This document shows, piece by piece, positions 18,001 through 22,558 of a stretch of DNA of 22,558 nucleotides. Made by a program: the position numbers and the translations under genes. Each line of letters begins with the position of its first letter. The stretch's first letter is position 1. The notes beneath the pieces are model-generated. The model worked only from the letters and a program-made list of their open reading frames with translations, was not told the DNA's origin and searched no databases. Origin of the DNA: an uncultured Pseudomonadota bacterium (lineage in GTDB: Bacteria; SAR324; NAC60-12); assembly GCA_913020725.1 (NCBI GenBank), contig CAJWCD010000051.1:1-22558 (forward strand), given 5' to 3'.

Positions 18001-19129
18001 TTGGGAATTCGCGCTCGGTGACGTGGCCAAGTGCATGGGTTCGGATTATGCGGTTTACGCCAATCGTCCCGTGCAGCGCAACCCCAACAGTGACCTGCAA
18101 CTGCTCTCGCGGGTGCAGAGTTTTACTGGAACACGCCGCAAGTTTGAAGAACCGATGCGTATCGTCGGCGAATACGATGTGCCTGCCGAGGCGTGGTACT
18201 TCCGGGACAACGCGCATCCCTCGCAACTGCCGTATGCGGTGCTGATGGAAATCGCGCTCCAGCCCTGCGGCTTCATCTCGGCTTACTCCGGTGCGCTTTT
18301 CCATTATCCGAATCTCGACCTGCACTACCGCAACCTTGACGGCAACGGTACGCTGCTCGCCGATCCGGATTTACGTGACAAAACCATCGTCTCCGAGATC
18401 ACCCTGAAAAGCACAGTCGCTTCTGGGAACACCATCATCCAAACGCATGACTTCGCACTCTTCGCTGATGGCAAAAAATTCTATTCCGGAGACACCGTGT
18501 TCGGCTATTTCACGGACGAAGCCCTGACGAATCAAGTGGGATTGGATGGCGGGAAGTTGGTTCCAGCTTGGCTGGAATCTGTAGGAACGGGTGATGCCCA
18601 CGAACAAACGGTCATTTGCTGGAATCTAGCCGAATCGTCCGAGCCATGCTTCCAAGCTCCGGAAGGTCGTCCGCACCAGCGTCTGGCGACACGGCAACTC
18701 AATTTGCTGGATGAACTCCGCATTGTTCCGGACGGAGGCAGTTCCGGGAAGGGTTACGTCTATGGCCTGCGCACGGTTGATCCGGAAGATTGGTTCTTCC
18801 CTTGCCATTTCCACCAAGACCCCGTGATGCCCGGATCGCTTGGCGTGGAGGCGATTCTTCAGGCCATGCAGGGCTTCGCGCTTCAGCAAGGGCTTGCCGA
18901 ACGTTTCCAGAATCCGCGTTTCGGCTGGGTGCAGAAACGCACCGCGTGGAAGTACCGGGGTCAGATCATCCGAGAGACGAAGCGGATGCAGCTAGAAGCC
19001 CATGTCACCGACGTGCAGGAACACCTTGATCAGACGGTGATCACTGCCAACGCCTCGCTCTGGCGCGACGATCTGCGCATCTACGAAGTCACGGATTTGC
19101 GCCTCGCCCTGCGGGAAGCGGCAGCTTAA
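12005..19129 (+). CDS. pfaBC: Fused PUFA synthase PfaBC-like: KS - CLF - AT - FabA-type DH/pseudo-DH pairs
   Basis: KS DAACASS, ECHATGT, GHMLTAAG; KS-like domain lacking the Cys (SAEENS); AT GYSMGE; two DH sites WYFPCHFKDDPVMAGSL and WFFPCHFHQDPVMPGSLG. Confidence 0.93.
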   Translation: MPEPIAIIGLACLFPGATTPESFWQNLLAGADSRTEATERQMHTDPVWFKADRKGVTDRYYCTQGGYIHDFTFDPEGFRVPAARLAGLDDVFQWPLHVAREALRDANLLDDLERLARCGVILGNLSFPTKSSNHLALPLYREALEPVLQDLLGRPDFRLPGFSEIPPIPPLPKGGVEGISASGKGEAPENLGIAGKPATLLAEALGLSGRSYALDAACASSLYSIGLACHTLWSERSDLMLAGAVSAADPFFVNMGFSIFQAYPEVGKSRPLDRTSGGLFASEGAGMFVLKRLSVAERDGDRIHALISGVGLSNDGRGQFVLSPNPKGQQFAFERAYASSGVDPQSVDYIECHATGTPLGDKVELNSMEAFFGNSGTVPPIGSVKSNLGHMLTAAGMGGMTKVILALQQGRIPGTIHVEQPHSSENGTFAAEQILRETTDWPHNRPERRAAVSAFGFGGCNAHLILENSRGAKFQSSKGERGATKPTTDHRPPTTSLAIIGMDGIFGEFNGITAIQRAFLNGEQAFRSLPETRWRGLGIESSKSDGASTRPETENRPPTTLQGAWLESFEMDFLRFKLPPNPQERLIPQQLLTLEVTDRALQQTSLKAGQNVAVLVAMEAELELHRFRGRVNLAKQIEDGLTVSGVTLSAEQQVELTKLAQDTLLDAVPVNQFTSFIGNIMASRISALWDFSGPAFTISAEENSALKALEVAQMLLESGVVEAAVVAAVDLAGSAESVMLRGRGMSQGWTPGEGAGAVVLKPLEQAQADEDIIHAVVEAVAFAREGTPDSVAVSAKIALESAGLTADQIGLVSLHTSGISEVDAATATSLQQIYSAAVLSSASAHLGHTFAASGMAALLQTVVALRQRTIPGMPSESRPWFCNAGDEPRRAAVSSLGQDGCAAHLVLSETQICPGPTLAKGGDDSVPMKRGGASVVETGGITIMPLVAADVSGLRTQLDALVQDLGANTALPKMARQAFETQREVQGSFALALVGDSLEELRQEAEAAKSGIEVALDSGADWVTPRGSSFSPQPLGPEGKVAFTYPGGFNSYIGNSRTLFQLVPELHDSMGSYTNRLADLLHDHKLYPRSLQRLSESEIECLQDEFVNTPIAMFESGITTGVLHTQALREGFGLEPQLAFGYSMGEVTMMFALGVWGPMDPMSDLLNVSPLFKERLCGPMNTVREAWELGPDEFRQETLWQWYTLRSTPEAAQAAIDREERAYLILINTPQEVVMAGEPAACERAAQTLGVEPHPIQVTDVVHCAPVKADYDEVKRVHTNPVVSQPDIRFYSADTYDVTELDADGLGDNIARIYGRTVDYTKLIEATYRDGARIFVDLGPRVSCAKWIAETLGERPHLAVGMSRRGVDDRVQVIRTLARLYSHRVPLDLERLYPEVPERPAKQLVQTITLGGEPIQTICVEENRAKFRVAETLDSPQRREEHRENPPRPSFAKGGSAALVAQGGAPVLVGGLGAYPHQVDSAHSAFLGLRHEGLRQMAAAIQQQMGNPQEIPPNPPLSKEGDGDHPATKPSTEHLAPKTEPPIFDKQDLLEFAGGKVANVFGPEYAEYDTFRRCVRLPMEPYLLVSRVTKLAAKRGVLEPSTITTEYDIPEDAWYCTDGQIPWAVAVESGQCDLLLISYLGIDFENQGERVYRLLDCTLTYLADMPRAGETLRYDICIDSFARSGGTLLFFFRYECFVGERMVMRMDGGCAGFFTNEELAEGQGVIRTAAEVGARANARKLHFEPLLRCEKTTFTREELLALSSGNPARCFGAHYAQPGRNPSLKTAPEQFLMHDRIVKLDRSGGPWGCGLVITEKDLAPDHWYFPCHFKDDPVMAGSLMAEGCVQLMQFFMLDLGLQTHTQDATFQPIHGMSQIVRCRGQVIPSDPRLTYRMEVKEIGLEPIPYALADIDILLGDRIVVDFRNLGVQLVEKGSSFRLTQQWFEQNPDRPALKSPLNPPFAKGGEAKPGGFFPNERGELLAQTANRTPQTKNIADDAQLWEFALGDVAKCMGSDYAVYANRPVQRNPNSDLQLLSRVQSFTGTRRKFEEPMRIVGEYDVPAEAWYFRDNAHPSQLPYAVLMEIALQPCGFISAYSGALFHYPNLDLHYRNLDGNGTLLADPDLRDKTIVSEITLKSTVASGNTIIQTHDFALFADGKKFYSGDTVFGYFTDEALTNQVGLDGGKLVPAWLESVGTGDAHEQTVICWNLAESSEPCFQAPEGRPHQRLATRQLNLLDELRIVPDGGSSGKGYVYGLRTVDPEDWFFPCHFHQDPVMPGSLGVEAILQAMQGFALQQGLAERFQNPRFGWVQKRTAWKYRGQIIRETKRMQLEAHVTDVQEHLDQTVITANASLWRDDLRIYEVTDLRLALREAAA
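12494..12543 (+). repeat. Hairpin repeat element inside the pfaBC KS domain
   Basis: gaaatcccccccatccccccttt-gcc-aaaggggggagtagaaggaatttc; encodes EIPPIPPLPKGGVEGIS. Confidence 0.85.
13404..13486 (+). repeat. Octamer-period array followed by (ACCGACC)x4
   Basis: aaaattcc agaggggc aaagttcc aaagttcc aaagggga (13404-13443); accgacc x4 (13459-13486); KS-CLF linker. Confidence 0.85.
13654..13681 (+). repeat. Heptamer array in the CLF domain
   Basis: accggaa actgaaa accgacc accgacc. Confidence 0.75.
14736..14777 (+). repeat. Degenerate hairpin repeat element
   Basis: aaatctgccccggccccacttt-ggc-aaaggggggggatgatt; encodes ICPGPTLAKGGDD. Confidence 0.7.
16336..16371 (+). repeat. Hairpin repeat element
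   Basis: aaatcccccccggccctccttt-gcc-aaaggggggag; encodes NPPRPSFAKGG. Confidence 0.8.
16532..16568 (+). repeat. Hairpin repeat element
   Basis: gaaatcccccccaacccccc-ttt-gtc-aaaggagggag; encodes EIPPNPPLSKEG. Confidence 0.8.
16591..16625 (+). repeat. Heptamer array in the AT-DH linker
   Basis: accaagc accgagc acctcgc accgaaa accgagc. Confidence 0.75.
17861..17917 (+). repeat. Full-length hairpin repeat element with 10-bp terminal inverted repeats
   Basis: AAATCCCCCC-tcaatcccccc-ttt-gcc-aaa-gggggggaagcgaagcc-GGGGGGATTT; encodes KSPLNPPFAKGGEAKPGGF. Confidence 0.88.
17951..17978 (+). repeat. Heptamer array between DH modules
   Basis: accgcaa accgcac accgcaa accaaaa. Confidence 0.75.
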
Positions 19130-19132
19130 CCC

Positions 19133-19777
19133 TCACTGCGGCTGAAAGCTCCGGAATTGTCCGAAGCCGCTGCAATAGCGCAGGGGGGAGTCGCGTCGCA
19201 CCGGCTTCCAGCCCACCTCGAAATTCACATCCCAGAGCGACTGCCGCAGGTCGCGGAACAGCTCGAAGCTGTCCGGGTCCACCCAGAAGAAGAAGTAGGT
19301 CTCTGCTGGACGGTGCTGGTCCAGCAACCGCTCCAGCACGCCGCCGCTGCGTTGAAACTCATGCCACCACTGTCCAGCGTTGGGCTGCGGTTGGAAATCG
19401 AGGCAGTGGGCGTGTCCGGAAATGGGGGTGAGGGTGACATCGTAGCCCTCCAGCGCGAGTTCGGTGGGCGGTGGAACGTCTCCGGAAAGCCGCTCCTGCA
19501 ACTTTAGGTACACCTCGGCGCGGTCGAGGTGCAGCACTTGGTTTTTCCGGAGCAGGAAGAACAGTCCAGATTTTTGGGAGTAGTGGGACCACGGGATGAC
19601 AACCTTCTCCGTGGCTTTCTCCAGCTTGCGGGTTTCCGGGGTGGTGTCCTGAGCAGCCGTGAGGGTGAGCAGCGCGACGAAGGTGGTGAGCAAGATGAGG
19701 ATGCCGACGCTGTTGGAGACGATGTCCACCAGCGAATCAAGATTGAGTGTCGTGAGGCCGGAAGACGGACGGCGCAT
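19133..19777 (-). CDS. Membrane-anchored hypothetical protein (ExbD/TolR-like N-terminal topology)
   Basis: Basic N-terminus, LDSLVDIVSNSVGILILL transmembrane helix, soluble domain with V.PDSF..F..LR...GW.P; starts 2 nt after the TPR gene stop. Confidence 0.75.
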   Translation of the reverse strand: MRRPSSGLTTLNLDSLVDIVSNSVGILILLTTFVALLTLTAAQDTTPETRKLEKATEKVVIPWSHYSQKSGLFFLLRKNQVLHLDRAEVYLKLQERLSGDVPPPTELALEGYDVTLTPISGHAHCLDFQPQPNAGQWWHEFQRSGGVLERLLDQHRPAETYFFFWVDPDSFELFRDLRQSLWDVNFEVGWKPVRRDSPLRYCSGFGQFRSFQPQ

Positions 19778-19779
19778 GG

Positions 19780-21525
19780 CTAGTCGACCACTGCCTTCTC
19801 CAACCGCTGATTAATTTCGGCGGCCTCCACCTGTTTGCGGAACCAGCCCGTGACCCCCTCGGCGAGGTCTTTGCGACCATTAGCTTCACAGACTTCGAGC
19901 GCCCGCTTGAATACCTGCTGATCGGGAATGAAACTGAGGGCCAGCTTGAAACAATGCATGGCCTCCTCAATGATGCCATCGCTCACATGCTTCTCGGCTT
20001 CTTCAAGTTCCCGCTGCACCTGTTTCTGTTTTTCCGTGTTGTCCAACATGCGACGCATCGCCTCCAACTCCCGGATGCGTTTGGTGTTGCCCAAATCCTT
20101 GTAGACGTTAAGGGCGTGTTCGATGAGTTGGTCGGAGGCGTGGATGCTGATGGCCTCATCCAGCAGCAGAGCGGTTTTGGCGGCTTCGCCATCCTTGAGG
20201 GCCACTCCGGCCTTGTGAACCAGCAGGCTGCGAAGCGACTTCAGTCCTTCCAGTGGCTCCGGAGCATCACTGTCCAGAACATGGGCACGCAGATAGGTGG
20301 TTTTGGCCTGCTCCAACTCGTTGGTGGTGGTAAGCATCTTGGCGATGCGCACCAGTGTTCCAGGATCATGGATTTCCGAAACCAGCGGCGTGTAGATTTC
20401 CAGCGCCTTCTGCACACTGCCCTCTTCCTCCAGCTTCACGGCTTCCTCCAGAAGTGGCGTGATGTGGTAACTGCCTTTGGAGATTTCCAGCAGTTTCAAG
20501 GTGCGGAAGAAATAAACCCGGGCTTTCCCAAGGTCTCCAGTCTTTTTGTACATTACCCCGAGGTTCACACAGGAATAGCGGTGGGAGGGATGCTTGTGGA
20601 GATACCGCAACTGCACATCAATGACGCGGGGAGAAAGTCGCCGCACGGCCTGCGCAAGAATACGGAAACAGACAAGATCGCGCTCCATCTCATCCTCGTA
20701 CTGGACATGCTCCAGCGCCCAATGCGCGATCCTCCCTTCTTCTTCTGCCAACGCGACGATTCCCAACGCCCACATCAGTTCGGGATCACGATCCTTGAGC
20801 GGCCACTGACGAATATGATGGGCCAGCTTGGGAAGGTCCAGTCCAAAGCCCCCCTCCAGATGCGGCGTCTCCCCCACCGGAGGCAGTTCTCGCTCGGCTT
20901 TGGCCAGTACGGTTTCTTCTATGGCAGCATCAAAATCAGCCGCATCGTCGTCTGGTTCTAACGCTGAATGGGTTGCTTCGGCAGCTGCGGCCCCCTCTTT
21001 CTCCAACACTTGCTTCTGCAATTCTTCAAGAGGTGGAAGCAACGGTTCGAAATCCGGCAAAATGAAGCCCGGTGCCTGCTCAAAAGGCTGGAGGGCACTG
21101 ACGGCGGCACCGTCCACATGGTCGGTGCGGGCGATGGTAGCCGCAAGATTGTACGCCGGAAATTGCACGTTGGGATTGTGGCGGAGGCAATGCAGATAGA
21201 AACGCTTGGCCGATTGCCAGTTGCCCTGCCGACGCTCGGCGTTTCCCAGTTGGTTGGCAAGGTCGAGGTCGTCCGGATTCTTGGCAAGCAAATTGGAGCC
21301 GAGCGACTTCAGTGCCTCCACGTCGTTGGCAAACTGAGGATCCTCAAACAGTTCCTTGATGGAAGCAAGCGCCTCCTCGTGGCTGAGGGCCAACGCCTGA
21401 TTGAACTCGACCATCGCCCGGTCATAGAAGTGGTGCTCAAGCAGATGAACGCCTTCCTCAAGGGCGTGGTGCAGTTGCTCCTCGGAGTGGTTGGTGCTGA
21501 GGCCAAGGGTATCGAGCAGAGACAT
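19780..21525 (-). CDS. Tetratricopeptide repeat protein
   Basis: Several TPR-like units (NQLGNAERRQGNWQSAKRFY, VNLGVMYKKTGDLGKARVYF); 581 aa. Confidence 0.85.
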   Translation of the reverse strand: MSLLDTLGLSTNHSEEQLHHALEEGVHLLEHHFYDRAMVEFNQALALSHEEALASIKELFEDPQFANDVEALKSLGSNLLAKNPDDLDLANQLGNAERRQGNWQSAKRFYLHCLRHNPNVQFPAYNLAATIARTDHVDGAAVSALQPFEQAPGFILPDFEPLLPPLEELQKQVLEKEGAAAAEATHSALEPDDDAADFDAAIEETVLAKAERELPPVGETPHLEGGFGLDLPKLAHHIRQWPLKDRDPELMWALGIVALAEEEGRIAHWALEHVQYEDEMERDLVCFRILAQAVRRLSPRVIDVQLRYLHKHPSHRYSCVNLGVMYKKTGDLGKARVYFFRTLKLLEISKGSYHITPLLEEAVKLEEEGSVQKALEIYTPLVSEIHDPGTLVRIAKMLTTTNELEQAKTTYLRAHVLDSDAPEPLEGLKSLRSLLVHKAGVALKDGEAAKTALLLDEAISIHASDQLIEHALNVYKDLGNTKRIRELEAMRRMLDNTEKQKQVQRELEEAEKHVSDGIIEEAMHCFKLALSFIPDQQVFKRALEVCEANGRKDLAEGVTGWFRKQVEAAEINQRLEKAVVD

Positions 21526-21867
21526 GGCGTTCTCATTTCTTGTGAAGCTTCCGGAGTTTCAAACACCGCAAGCTCTGAGGTTTTAGTCTCCCTCCTTCGG
21601 ATCACCTTCCGTGGTGGACTCTGAGGCAGGGGGAGCCGCAACGACTCCAAGCGGCTGAATCCATGCAAAGTTAAGTCCGGAACCGATTACAGGACAATCC
21701 AGCCCTCGTGCAAACGCAGCGCGCCCGCGCTATTCGGGATTGGAGATGGGTTTGGGCGGGGCGACGCGCACGGAGGCGGACAGCGGGTTGCCTGCCACAT
21801 CAAGGTTCTCACCGACTTTCAGCGTGTCCGAATCCTGAGCGAGCAGGCCTTGTTTGGAGAGTTTCTC

Positions 21868-22335
21868 CTACTCCACCGCTCGCTCCTTCTCTTTGCGGAA
21901 AAACTCGACCTTGTGCTGGAGGTGTTCTCCAAGGCCTCCGATAAGGGTGAGCCGTTTCTGGCAGTCGATTATGCGGTGATCAATGCGTTTTTGCAGCTCG
22001 GGATCATGGTGTTGCTCTCGCAACTTCTGGAAACCGGCTTCGGCCTGTCGGTAATGCTCCCGCCCTTGAGCCAGCCGGGCCAGCCCTGCCTTGCTCTCCG
22101 TGCGAAACAGCAATTCCTCACCCATCCGGTAGTGACACCAGCCCAGATCCCGGTGGGTGTCTGGAGAGGTCTCTCCGTGCTGTTCCGCGTTTTGCTCAAA
22201 CAACTCGATGGCGGTTTCGTAGTTCTCCGCCCGCATGTGTTCAACAGCGGATTGGTACACGGAACTGGTGTCCGAGGGCTGGACCGGAAAGTCGGGCTGG
22301 TCCGTGTGGATCTCACTGTCGTACTCTTCGCTCAT
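21868..22335 (-). CDS. TPR-like hypothetical protein (possibly extends past an in-frame TAG to 21730)
   Basis: ATG at 22335 with AAGGA upstream; YETAIELFEQ..HRDLGWCHYRMGE TPR-like unit. Confidence 0.75.
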   Translation of the reverse strand: MSEEYDSEIHTDQPDFPVQPSDTSSVYQSAVEHMRAENYETAIELFEQNAEQHGETSPDTHRDLGWCHYRMGEELLFRTESKAGLARLAQGREHYRQAEAGFQKLREQHHDPELQKRIDHRIIDCQKRLTLIGGLGEHLQHKVEFFRKEKERAVE

Positions 22336-22558
22336 AGTCACATCCTTGTGTAGGCCCCAGAATATACAGGGGATCATGGATTGAACTTGGAATGCTAACA
22401 CATTTTGAGAAGTATGCACAACTCATCAAAAAAAGCGTATTTCCTGCTTTGCACTTGTGTTTCTGCAAACCCTAGAGCCTGTTATGCCCTTTGAAGAGGT
22501 GAGAGACTATCGTGTGGGACAAGTAGTCCTGCACTCCACTCAATGACAGGATCAAGCG

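Noticed and set aside
19954..21624. + strand ORFs of 335 and 218 aa
   Set aside because: Antisense shadows of the TPR gene.
21666..21689. sigma28-like CAAAGTTA..ACCGATTA on the + strand
   Set aside because: Spacer too short and no downstream + strand gene.
21781..21825. TPP-riboswitch-like words (GCTGA..GAACC..GAT) on the minus strand
   Set aside because: The rest of the consensus is missing, and the region reads better as the coding extension beyond the TAG.

Overview
A GC-rich bacterial window; gene content is suggestive of a deltaproteobacterial/SAR324-like organism (inference only). The core is an iterative PUFA-synthase-type (pfa) locus on the + strand: pfaA (KS-MAT-3xACP, then KR-DH), a DauA-like FAD oxidoreductase, a small DUF6922-like gene and a fused pfaBC (KS-CLF-AT-DH domains). 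No pfaD or pfaE is in the locus. Flanking minus-strand genes encode an EVE-domain protein, a small conserved hypothetical, an Ilv5-type ilvC, other hypotheticals and TPR proteins. Main observations: (1) pfaA is split right after the last ACP by an A10 run containing A_AAA_AAC; the -1 frame continues with PfaA-like sequence, so this is a candidate programmed frameshift/transcriptional slippage site, though a homopolymer error is not excluded. (2) The pfa genes carry 6-7 copies of a ~35-57 bp C-rich/G-rich hairpin element and several 7-/8-mer tandem arrays, all inside open frames. (3) The palindrome TCCGGA is strongly over-represented (~60 copies by eye). (4) The last gene has an in-frame TAG followed by 45 coding-like codons.
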